From Bdellovibrio sp. (GTDB lineage: Bacteria; Bdellovibrionota; Bacteriovoracia; Bacteriovoracales; Bacteriovoracaceae), in assembly GCA_020720455.1 (NCBI GenBank), contig DYOQ01000002.1:23736-87735 (forward strand): a DNA stretch of 64,000 bases, in the 5' to 3' direction. The stretch's first letter is position 1. Every line of letters begins with the position of its first letter. The notes below the pieces were generated by a model, which was given only the letters and a program-made list of their open reading frames with translations, ran no database searches and was not told the DNA's origin. Position numbers and translations under genes: made by a program. Positions 25,072 through 34,207 of the stretch are shown here, piece by piece.

Positions 25072-27114
25072 TCATCTATTAATAACAAACAGTGAAATAT
25101 CTGCACCATTATAAACTTTACTAAAGAGATCAGGTCTTGCGCTAAATCGTTCGGTTACGTTTTGTCCAAACTCTTTTTTTTCAATTGGCCCAACCTTAAT
25201 ATAATTAACACCAGCAGTTAAAAATTTTTGATAAACCTTATCCAGATCCTCTGCCACATATAAATCACGGATCAATTGACTTCTTTCGCTAATAATAACA
25301 GGATCAACATTTCTTCCATATCCAACGTGTCCAGTAGGACCTAGAAACGATAACATTCCTGTATGTGAAGCTACCAAGGCAACTGTCGAATCATACGACT
25401 CTCCGCCTTTTTCAACAATCACTGCAGGAATTTTTATATTTTTATTAATCCACTTAACAAGAACCTCTTCGGAGCTAAAATATCTCTTTAATGCAGCTGA
25501 ACCATTAAGTGTTGGTTTACCAGACAAAAATGGGGCAGTAACCATATTCAAATAGACACCACCACAAAGTAGTCCAACAAAGAAGAGTAACCCACAATTT
25601 AAAAATTTACTCTTTGATTCAACCATTAATCTCAAGATAAAATAAGGTATAAACAGTGAGACAAGCAGACCTAGGTTAGTCCCTAACTTAAAAAGAGTGT
25701 TGATACTATCGATGATAATAAAGTTCTGAGTGAAAAGGACAATAAAACAACCACCAACAAACAATAAAAAAAAGATCATCACCGACTCATTCTTTTCTTG
25801 CTTCCAATATTTTATCAAAAACATAGGTAGTAAATATAGTAAATACCCATACTGCAAAAAATAACCATTCCAGCTATGCACTTCATTATTTAAAAATGAC
25901 ACGGATAAACCTCTTCCCCCAAGATATGAAAAAAATATTGGCAAATAAATAACAAATAGACAAATAAGCGAGATTAAGCTTTGAAAAATGATAGTTCTAA
26001 ATACCAGGCCAGATAATTTTTTTCTAAACCAATAAAGCAAAAGAGATATAATCGGTATCATTAAAAGAAAAATAGCTATTGCATCCCAACTACTAATAAC
26101 TAAAGTGGCCCCAAGAAAAACTCCAAATAACACCGAATCATAAATAGAGGTAGACTTGCCAGCAAAAATTATCAAACGAATAAAAAAACAGATGGCCAAA
26201 ATTATAAACGGATAAGTTATCACATGAGGGTGAAAATCACCAAAAAGAAAAGACCAGAGGGGGTACTCCGCGAATGCGCCATTACTCTCAAAGGTTCTGG
26301 TCAACTCCCAAAAATAGCTCCCGTTAAGCTTATAACCATGTTTAATTAATCTGTGATAGCTTGCAGGAGTCGTAATAAAAACAGAGAGTATAGCTAAAGC
26401 TACTGCGATAAATCTTTTAACGTTTAAAATACGGTATAAAAAAAAAGAGGCAACTGAGGTGAGTGACACAATAGTGCTGAGAGAGAGATGATATCCTACA
26501 CCTGGGATTATCCCGAAAAGATTAATTGGCCGTGAAAAAATAAAATACCCAAAATAGTAATAATTAAATGAAACATTAGCGGCCCACGGGTCCTGAATTG
26601 GATAATCACTATTTTTAGAAAGAAAGGACAGGATTGAAATGTCCATCGGTTTTTCTCCCGATAGAAGATCAGGCCGAAACGAACTTATTAACATAAACAA
26701 AGTCCAGACATAAGCAAACAGAGTTTCAACCGTAACAAAATCTACCGTATCTAGAGTAGGTTTTACTTTTTTACGTAAAACTATCCACAGAGTTGGGCCT
26801 AGTATTAAACAAAACGAGATTATGGTTGTAAAACGTGAGAACGAAAAACCGATACGGCCCAGATACCAAGTAAGTATACCGACAAATAAAAAACCAACAA
26901 TCTTTGATAGCGCGTATTTTGCATCATCAAGAAGGTCTGGTAACATTAATTTTAGAAGTGGATAAGTAAGCAAACCTGTCAAGAAGAAGAATAAGTACCA
27001 AAAAAAAACTTTTATAAGTTCAATAAACTCTAAGTTGAAAAAAAAAATATTAAGAACATAAAGAATAAAAGGGAGCAAAAGAAGAGGGACAAATTTTAAA
27101 ACGTTACTACTCAT
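25072..27114 (-). CDS. Large polytopic membrane protein, DUF2298 / Chlor_Arch_YYY-type (putative GT-C-like glycosyltransferase)
   Basis: 680 aa with more than 12 hydrophobic helices and a ~150-aa soluble C-terminal domain. Contains the near-invariant family motif as I recall it (FNYYYFGYF). Confidence 0.7.
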   Translation of the reverse strand: MSSNVLKFVPLLLLPFILYVLNIFFFNLEFIELIKVFFWYLFFFLTGLLTYPLLKLMLPDLLDDAKYALSKIVGFLFVGILTWYLGRIGFSFSRFTTIISFCLILGPTLWIVLRKKVKPTLDTVDFVTVETLFAYVWTLFMLISSFRPDLLSGEKPMDISILSFLSKNSDYPIQDPWAANVSFNYYYFGYFIFSRPINLFGIIPGVGYHLSLSTIVSLTSVASFFLYRILNVKRFIAVALAILSVFITTPASYHRLIKHGYKLNGSYFWELTRTFESNGAFAEYPLWSFLFGDFHPHVITYPFIILAICFFIRLIIFAGKSTSIYDSVLFGVFLGATLVISSWDAIAIFLLMIPIISLLLYWFRKKLSGLVFRTIIFQSLISLICLFVIYLPIFFSYLGGRGLSVSFLNNEVHSWNGYFLQYGYLLYLLPMFLIKYWKQEKNESVMIFFLLFVGGCFIVLFTQNFIIIDSINTLFKLGTNLGLLVSLFIPYFILRLMVESKSKFLNCGLLFFVGLLCGGVYLNMVTAPFLSGKPTLNGSAALKRYFSSEEVLVKWINKNIKIPAVIVEKGGESYDSTVALVASHTGMLSFLGPTGHVGYGRNVDPVIISERSQLIRDLYVAEDLDKVYQKFLTAGVNYIKVGPIEKKEFGQNVTERFSARPDLFSKVYNGADISLFVINR

Positions 27115-28183
27115 GTTTTTTTGCCTGAGCTATGTTTTGTAACAACTCACCAACAGTAGCTACCAAATTAAGCTTTAACACCACGTCTATCTCATTTTGA
27201 ATCTGTGACAGTAGCGATGGCCCATTAAAAATCAAAGAGGTCAAAACTTGAACTGCCTTACCACCTCTTTTCCAAAATCTCCAAACATCATCAAAAGTTG
27301 AAACTCCGCCGACTCCAATTAACTGAAGTTCTGGACACTCTCGCAATTCATCTAAAATATGAAATCTAACTGTTTCAGATTTTTTCTTTAACAACTCTCC
27401 AGAAATTCCACCCTCACCTCTTTCTGGCATTATCGTTGTATTAGTCGCAATAAGTCCTGTAAAAGAAAATTCCTTAACCAATTTAACAATTTCAGAAACA
27501 TCGGCAAGCGCTAGATCTGGAGATATTTTTACATAAATGTCTCGTCTAAACGTTGATGCTGAATGCTGTTTTCTAATCTCTTGAAAATTTTCTCTCATAC
27601 GATCAATTTGCTGAAGATCTCGCAATCCTGGAGTATTTGGAGAAGAAAAATTCATAACCACATAATCAGCATCATTTTGAAAAAGGTCAAACAGTTTTAA
27701 ATAATCTTTAATCGCGTCTTTTTGAGAAGTTAATTTGTTCTTTCCAAAATTTACTCCAACAGGAACGTCAACAATCTTTTTGACTGCCAATAGATTTTTC
27801 AATAACTCTTCACTGCCTCTATTATTAAATCCCATTTTGTTTCGAATAGAATTTTCATCTTTATAACGAAAGAGTCTTGGTTTATCATTTCCAAGCTGAG
27901 GAAGAGGTGTCACTGTACCAACCTCGATGGCCCCAAATCCTACTCTAGAAAAAAACTCGACTGCCTGACAATCCTTATCCATACCTGCAGCTAGGCCAAC
28001 CGGAAAATGCCAATTGCAACTACCAACATTTATACCATATTTTAATTTATCAATCGTTACACTACTCATTAAACTAGCAATTGCCGAATAACGTCCTGCT
28101 AATTTAATTGAAAAATCATGAACCAGTTCTGGATCGAAATTAAAAAGAACGTTTTTTAACAGATCATACGGTACTATTTTCAT
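27107..28183 (-). CDS. pyrD: Dihydroorotate dehydrogenase (quinone), class 2
   Basis: 358 aa. GLAAGMDK, GAIEVGTVTP, NFSSPNTPGLRDLQ, and GGISG...IGVGGV. Confidence 0.9.
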   Translation of the reverse strand: MKIVPYDLLKNVLFNFDPELVHDFSIKLAGRYSAIASLMSSVTIDKLKYGINVGSCNWHFPVGLAAGMDKDCQAVEFFSRVGFGAIEVGTVTPLPQLGNDKPRLFRYKDENSIRNKMGFNNRGSEELLKNLLAVKKIVDVPVGVNFGKNKLTSQKDAIKDYLKLFDLFQNDADYVVMNFSSPNTPGLRDLQQIDRMRENFQEIRKQHSASTFRRDIYVKISPDLALADVSEIVKLVKEFSFTGLIATNTTIMPERGEGGISGELLKKKSETVRFHILDELRECPELQLIGVGGVSTFDDVWRFWKRGGKAVQVLTSLIFNGPSLLSQIQNEIDVVLKLNLVATVGELLQNIAQAKKHE

Positions 28184-28185
28184 AA

Positions 28186-29121
28186 TCAGTAAAGTTGAAC
28201 AAAATCACCTTCAACTACACTACCTCCAGAATGAAGAATTGCAATTGAACCATCGGTGCCAAGATAATCTATCACCTCAATTGTCCCTTTAACATCACCC
28301 TTTGAAACACCTATCAATGCGCCGGTTTCAGGATCAAATACTTCAACACCTTCAGTAATTACTCTTAAAATATCACCAACATTTAGGCCACTATCTCTTC
28401 CTGCGTTCAAATAAATCTTATTCCCAACTATTCTAGCTACCCGACCTGTCCACTCCATTTTTTTAGATATCGCAATAATTTCAGGAACAGTCTTTCTTAC
28501 TGCTACTCTTGCTGCATATCTTAATAACTCTTGCCTATAACTAAGGTACTCCTCTTTTTCAGCATTAAAAAAACGGTACGTATTATCATCTGCATAACCA
28601 TCTAACACTTCTGTGTAAATTTCTTTGCTCGCATTAACATCAAAAATTCTAAGTTCAATTTTTGCTTCGCAAGCTGATGTAGTTTTTCTTATTAGGCCAA
28701 TCTCGTCACTTTTCTCTCTTACTCTAGCATCTAGAACCCTGCCAAAGACAACAAAATTTAGACCCACAATCTTTGCCTTCCGTGAAAGTTGAGCAAGTTT
28801 TACTCCGCCACCAGAGTAAACCTCTTTAGAACTTCCAAAAATCTGATTACCAACATTATCGAGAACAAATCCACCAGTGCGAGATAACTCCATTCTTAAC
28901 TCTTCTGTAGCAATAAGTGCCAAATCCTCGCCACCAACAGGAGCTTCATTAAACAGAGGGAGCAATGCAATTTTCTTTTTAACGTGACCTGCAAAAACTC
29001 TTCCTTGTTGCTCACTCTCAGGAACACCGCTACTATTTCTTTTAATCGGTGCTTCTGAACAAGAGAGCAGTAACGCCGTTATTAGTATGGATATACAGGA
29101 CAATCTGAAGCAGTTAAACAT
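28186..29121 (-). CDS. Lipoprotein; CsgG/LpoB-like N-terminal part and FlgT_C-like beta-barrel C-terminal part (tentative)
   Basis: 311 aa. Lipobox LLLS|C. KKIALLPLFNEAP...ELRMELSRTGGFVL resembles LpoB/CsgG-type lipoproteins. The C-terminal GRVARIVGNKIYLNAGRDSGLNVGDILRV resembles FlgT C-terminal-type barrels. Domain calls come from memory only. Confidence 0.55.
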   Translation of the reverse strand: MFNCFRLSCISILITALLLSCSEAPIKRNSSGVPESEQQGRVFAGHVKKKIALLPLFNEAPVGGEDLALIATEELRMELSRTGGFVLDNVGNQIFGSSKEVYSGGGVKLAQLSRKAKIVGLNFVVFGRVLDARVREKSDEIGLIRKTTSACEAKIELRIFDVNASKEIYTEVLDGYADDNTYRFFNAEKEEYLSYRQELLRYAARVAVRKTVPEIIAISKKMEWTGRVARIVGNKIYLNAGRDSGLNVGDILRVITEGVEVFDPETGALIGVSKGDVKGTIEVIDYLGTDGSIAILHSGGSVVEGDFVQLY

Positions 29122-29122
29122 C

Positions 29123-30514
29123 TCAACCCTCTCCTCTTTTGGCCATTTTTTTTAACGTCAAACTAAATGGATTACTTACCGGAACCTCAACTCGCAATGT
29201 TTCACTAATGATTTGCTCTGGAAGTGCTTTAAAAAATGATATCAGCTTCTCTCTATCACCGCTATAACGAACCTCAACCTTACCCTGTTTTCCATCATAC
29301 GACGCAATACTTAACTTGAGCTGCAGAACAACCCCTTTGGTTGCAACGTATTCATTAAATGACATGAGATCAACTATTGAATCAATATTTAAAATATCGA
29401 TAACAACTACACCGCTATCTGCCTCCATACTTACCACCTTCTCCTTAAACTGAGTCAACATCTCAAGAGGGCGTTGATATATGAAACTAGCAATATTCGA
29501 ACTTAATTGATGATCATTTGCTGTTGAATAAGAGAGAATTTCTTTATTAAAATCAACACTAGAGACAGAGTTTCGCTCTTGAATATCAAGTACAATTGCA
29601 TCTCCACCTATTTCAAACTCTCTTCGTTTAGTTGCTACATTCTCAGATAGTTTACTAACACGAATATTTATCTTCACCCAAAGCGTTCCGCCACTAGTTT
29701 CTGCGGTAAAACTCTCATCACCTTCAGACTTAAATGTTGACAGCGATTCATTAATAACAATATTTGCGGCCCGAGGTGTTCTATACAACTTATCTAGCTC
29801 ATTTATTTTATCATCATTAGCAACAAATACCTGAGCTACTACACCAGAATAATTCTCACTAACCCATTTTTTCCAATGATTATTTACGGTATCTGTTAAA
29901 TCAGAAGCGTTTGCAACGCCTAGTTCTTGCCATGACGTTGAAACCAAATCAAAACTACTTGAGATATAAATTGTAGAAAAACTTCTCACACTGCCAGAGA
30001 CTAAAAACCTACGATACATCTCGCTTAGAATTTTTCGATCAACATGTGCAGATATCTTCAAATAACGTGAACTCGCATTTTCAACAGAACGACTCATCTG
30101 CTGCTCTGAGTACGAAATAAGGGCCCTATCAAGTCTTCCAAAACGACTCTGAAGGGTAAACTTCTTCTCTCTTAACTCTTTGTGATACTTATCCGTATCG
30201 TTGATCTCACCAGTAGTCTTATCTGTATATTTTTGCTTTAAATCCTCCCAAGGCTTCTTAAAATACTCTTCAAATCTTGCATCATACGATTGCCAAAATG
30301 GTTCAGGGTCAAGCCCAAGATTTTTTAACTCTTTTGTAATAACATCTTTAAACGCACTATAAATCAACTGTTTCTTTACAAACGATAATGAATCATCACT
30401 TTGAGCATAAAACTGCCCATCACCAAGTACTGTCGTGCCGACAGAATTCGCTAATGAAAACTTCATTCCTAAAATACAAAAAAGTCCAAGAAGAATCAGG
30501 TAAATTTTTTTCAT
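29123..30514 (-). CDS. Secreted hypothetical protein
   Basis: 463 aa. Signal peptide MKKIYLILLGLFCILGMKFSLA. No recognisable catalytic motif. Tightly packed between dnaE and the lipoprotein gene (9-nt and 1-nt gaps). Confidence 0.7.
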   Translation of the reverse strand: MKKIYLILLGLFCILGMKFSLANSVGTTVLGDGQFYAQSDDSLSFVKKQLIYSAFKDVITKELKNLGLDPEPFWQSYDARFEEYFKKPWEDLKQKYTDKTTGEINDTDKYHKELREKKFTLQSRFGRLDRALISYSEQQMSRSVENASSRYLKISAHVDRKILSEMYRRFLVSGSVRSFSTIYISSSFDLVSTSWQELGVANASDLTDTVNNHWKKWVSENYSGVVAQVFVANDDKINELDKLYRTPRAANIVINESLSTFKSEGDESFTAETSGGTLWVKINIRVSKLSENVATKRREFEIGGDAIVLDIQERNSVSSVDFNKEILSYSTANDHQLSSNIASFIYQRPLEMLTQFKEKVVSMEADSGVVVIDILNIDSIVDLMSFNEYVATKGVVLQLKLSIASYDGKQGKVEVRYSGDREKLISFFKALPEQIISETLRVEVPVSNPFSLTLKKMAKRGEG

Positions 30515-30523
30515 AACATATTC

Positions 30524-33500
30524 CTATTGATAACTCTCTACACTCTCAAGTTTACCATCAACTATAAACTTAACACTATCACTGTTTAATATCTCATTAA
30601 CTTTTGCCGCCATCTGTGGTGTTGGCCCAACATGAAACTCTTTGCCAAGAGGCATTCTCGCCTTGCCCATATCATTTTCTAAAATTAAGTGAACAGGAAC
30701 TGTCCCTCTATAGCTTAAAATAATCTCTTTTATTTTTTCAATATTAGCTATTGTAGTCTTTCTTAGATCGACACTAATTCTAACACCTGTCACTCTCTCT
30801 TCTGACTCATCTTCAAGCAACTGAATTTTTTCTGGAAACAACTTTCTTGGCGACTCTTCTAAATTAACACTACCTTTGATAACAATTAACTTATCCGATT
30901 CAAGTAACGATTCATACTCCAAAAATGTTTTTGGAAAAACCAAACACTCAAGCTTACCGGAGAGATCTTCTAAAGTGACAAATGCCATTTTATCACCTTT
31001 TTTAGTGGTATGCTTTTTAAGTGAAGATACCATTCCGGCCACTGTCATATTTCTTTTCCCACTACCTTCAAGATTATGAATATCAGAAATTTTCATCGAA
31101 GATATCTGATTAATTATGTTCTGATAAGAGTCAAGCGGATGGCCAGAAACATAGATCCCCATCAACTCAAACTCGTATGCCAACTTTTCTTTATCACTAA
31201 AGTCAGGTATTTCATGGTACTCAAAATTAATAACCTTAGTGTTATTTGAAGATGAGAGCATCATCTCAAACATATTTACTTGACCGACCTCTTTATCCTC
31301 TCTGACCTTTTGAGTATAGGCCATTACCGCTTCCATCTCTTCAAGTAATGTAGCACGGTTATGTGAATCACATCTATCAAACGCTCCAACTTTTATCAGA
31401 GACTCCATCACTCTTTTATTTATTAAATGATGATCCATTCTCTCGCAAAAATCCATAAAACTTTTATATGGGCCACTTAGCTGTCGCTCTTTAATAAGCG
31501 CCTCGACCGCGCCTTGCCCAACATTTTTAATTGCACCCATTCCAAATCTAATAGAGTCACCAATAACATTAAACAACCAGAGAGACTCATTAATATCTGG
31601 TGGCAATACTTCGACACTAAATTTTCTTGCATCTTCAATATACGCTGTCACTTTTTCTATTTTATCAAGCTCAGTACTAAGAAGGGCGGCAAAAAATGAG
31701 GCCGGATAATATCTTTTTAAAAACGCTGTTTGATAAGCAATCATCGCATAAGCAAGCGCATGAGATTTATTAAAACCGTATCTAGCAAAATTGGCCATTA
31801 AATCGTACAGCTCTCCGGCCTTAACTTCATCAAACTTATTCTCTCTTGCGCCCTTTAAAAAAATCTCTCGATGTTTTATCATCTCAGACTCTTTCTTCTT
31901 TCCCATTGCACGTCTTAACATATCAGCTTGGCCAAGAGAGTAATTCGCAACAGTTCTGGCCACGTTCATTACCTGTTCTTGGTAGACAATTACTCCATAG
32001 GTATCCTTGAGTATTGGTTCTAGCTCTGGGAAAGTAAAATGCATCTCTTTTCTTTTATGTTTTATCTCAATAAAATCATCGACCATCCCAGACTCAAGTG
32101 GGCCTGGCCGATATAAAGCATTAATTGCTGTAATATCATCAATATTATCTGGCTTAATTCTTTTACAAAGATCGATCATTCCTGAAGATTCTAGCTGGAA
32201 AACACCAACCGTTTCACCGTCAGAAATAAAAGAATAAACCTCTTTATCTTCAATATCTATGTGTTCAATATCAAAATGTGAATCGTGATCTCTTCTTATA
32301 AAAGAGACGGCCCGATCAATTACCGTCAATGTTTTCAAACCAAGAAAATCAAACTTAACAAGTCCAATCTCTTCCGCAAAATTTTTATCAAACTGACAAA
32401 CCTGCTCACCATCCTTACCTTTAAAAAGTGGGCCATAATTAACTAGTGGTTCATCGGTAATGATTACTCCGGCAGCATGAATTCCTGCATGACGAAAAAG
32501 TCCTTCTAGTCGATATGAGATATCAAAAATTTTTTTTATCTTTTGATCATTTTCAATTAGCTCTTGAAGTTTGGGTTCTTTCTCAACAGCATCTTTTAGT
32601 TTAATCCCAAGCTCATCAGAGATGAGTTTGGAAATCAAATTTGCCTCAGTAAAATTTAGCGCAAAGACTCGACAAACATCTTTAATTACCGCTTTAGCTG
32701 AGAGTGTTCCGAAAGTAATAATTTGCCCAACTCTGTCAGAACCATATTTGTGAGTAACATAATCGATAACTCTGTTTCTTCCTTGCTGACAAAAATCTAT
32801 ATCAAAATCTGGCATAGAGATTCTTTCTGGATTGATAAATCTCTCAAATAGCAAATTGTACGGGATTGGGTTTATATTAGTTATTTCTAAAGAGTAAGCG
32901 ACTAATGAACCAGCGCCAGAGCCTCTGCCTGGCCCAACTGGAATCTGATTATCTTTTGACCACTTGATAAAATCAGCAACGATTAAAAAATACCCAGGAA
33001 ATCCCATCTCGATAATTAGTCGCAACTCCTCTTCTAATCTTGCTAAATATAGTGGCTTAGTCGCACTCTCCCAATCACTGCTATTTATAAGCTTTTTAAA
33101 ATGAGGTCCAAGAAATCTTTTTTCTAATCCCTCTCTAGCTAACCTTGAAAAATAATCATTCGTTGTTTCATTAGAAGTGATCTCAAAATTTGGCAATAGA
33201 TAAATCTGTTTACCTTTATCATCTGTCCACTTAAGTTCAACATTACACCTGCTTGCAATCTCTAACGTATTATCACAAGCTGCGGGCAAATCTTTGAAAG
33301 CATCTCTCATCTCTTGAGCACTTTTAAAATAGAACTGATCCGTACTCATTCTCATTCTAGATTCATCATCTAAAGCTTTTCCTGTCTGAATACATAAAAG
33401 AACTTCTTGAGCAAATGCGTCTTCTCTCGTTAGATAATGACAATCGTTTGTAGCGACAAGAGGAATCTTACTTAACTTTGAATACTCAATAATTTTTTTA

Positions 33501-34114
33501 TTAGCAATTTTCTGTTCAGGTAGGCCATTTTCTTGAATTTCTAAAAAAAAATCTTCACCAAAAACATCGTACAACCGATGAATCGCCTCGATCGCCTTAT
33601 CATCTCTGTTATTTGCAAAATTATATGCAACTTCTCCACTCAGGCAAGCAGTCGTTGCTAACAACCCTTCACTATGAGTTCTAATAATCTCAAAATCTGT
33701 TCTTGGTTTATAGTAAAAACCTTCAAGATACGCCTTGGATACTATTTTGCATAGATTTCTATAACCAATTTCATTCTTACAAAGCAGCACGAGATGATTA
33801 ATTTTATGACTAACCTCATCTACATCTTGAGTTGCACTTACTTTTCCTTTAGCTGTAGCTGGACGATCAAAGCGACTACCTGAAGTGAAATAAACTTCAC
33901 AACCAAGAATAGGTTTTACCCCAGAAGCTTTTCCATGTTTGTAAAAATCAATGGCCCCAAACATATTACCATGATCTGTTTGAGCAACCGCCGGCATATT
34001 AAACTCTTTGGCCTTTTTAAAAAGATCATCTAACCTAATCGCTCCATCAAGCAGCGAATACTGTGTATGCAAATGCAGATGAACAAAGTCGCCTTTATGG
34101 CCAATTTCAGACAT
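30524..34114 (-). CDS. dnaE: DNA polymerase III alpha subunit
   Basis: 1196 aa. PHP domain FVHLHLHTQYSLLDG. Polymerase core (GFPGYFLIVADFI, GPGRGSGAGSLVAY, FDIDF). Followed by the HhH and OB-fold regions. Confidence 0.97.
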   Translation of the reverse strand: MSEIGHKGDFVHLHLHTQYSLLDGAIRLDDLFKKAKEFNMPAVAQTDHGNMFGAIDFYKHGKASGVKPILGCEVYFTSGSRFDRPATAKGKVSATQDVDEVSHKINHLVLLCKNEIGYRNLCKIVSKAYLEGFYYKPRTDFEIIRTHSEGLLATTACLSGEVAYNFANNRDDKAIEAIHRLYDVFGEDFFLEIQENGLPEQKIANKKIIEYSKLSKIPLVATNDCHYLTREDAFAQEVLLCIQTGKALDDESRMRMSTDQFYFKSAQEMRDAFKDLPAACDNTLEIASRCNVELKWTDDKGKQIYLLPNFEITSNETTNDYFSRLAREGLEKRFLGPHFKKLINSSDWESATKPLYLARLEEELRLIIEMGFPGYFLIVADFIKWSKDNQIPVGPGRGSGAGSLVAYSLEITNINPIPYNLLFERFINPERISMPDFDIDFCQQGRNRVIDYVTHKYGSDRVGQIITFGTLSAKAVIKDVCRVFALNFTEANLISKLISDELGIKLKDAVEKEPKLQELIENDQKIKKIFDISYRLEGLFRHAGIHAAGVIITDEPLVNYGPLFKGKDGEQVCQFDKNFAEEIGLVKFDFLGLKTLTVIDRAVSFIRRDHDSHFDIEHIDIEDKEVYSFISDGETVGVFQLESSGMIDLCKRIKPDNIDDITAINALYRPGPLESGMVDDFIEIKHKRKEMHFTFPELEPILKDTYGVIVYQEQVMNVARTVANYSLGQADMLRRAMGKKKESEMIKHREIFLKGARENKFDEVKAGELYDLMANFARYGFNKSHALAYAMIAYQTAFLKRYYPASFFAALLSTELDKIEKVTAYIEDARKFSVEVLPPDINESLWLFNVIGDSIRFGMGAIKNVGQGAVEALIKERQLSGPYKSFMDFCERMDHHLINKRVMESLIKVGAFDRCDSHNRATLLEEMEAVMAYTQKVREDKEVGQVNMFEMMLSSSNNTKVINFEYHEIPDFSDKEKLAYEFELMGIYVSGHPLDSYQNIINQISSMKISDIHNLEGSGKRNMTVAGMVSSLKKHTTKKGDKMAFVTLEDLSGKLECLVFPKTFLEYESLLESDKLIVIKGSVNLEESPRKLFPEKIQLLEDESEERVTGVRISVDLRKTTIANIEKIKEIILSYRGTVPVHLILENDMGKARMPLGKEFHVGPTPQMAAKVNEILNSDSVKFIVDGKLESVESYQ

Positions 34115-34207
34115 ATCTCTTTTCCAAAAAAATTTGATAAATAGTAAATCATTTTGATTCTAGTGTCATAAAAATTATCCACTAACGCAGAGTGGCCACT
34201 TGTGATA

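Noticed and set aside
27000-27047. A9/A10 homopolymer tracts (also A10 at 42753-42762, A9 near 33545) as phase-variation switches
   Set aside because: Such tracts are frequent in this AT-rich sequence, encode FFF/KKK runs, and occur even in dnaE. Without population data there is no reason to call them contingency loci. The one at the start of KAS III copy 1 is mentioned only as a low-priority check.
34170-34200. CCACT-7 nt-AGTGG hairpin / AGTGGCCACT palindrome downstream of the kinase gene as a terminator
   Set aside because: It has a 5-bp stem and an interrupted T-run (ATAATTTTTA). It is plausible but not supportable from sequence alone.
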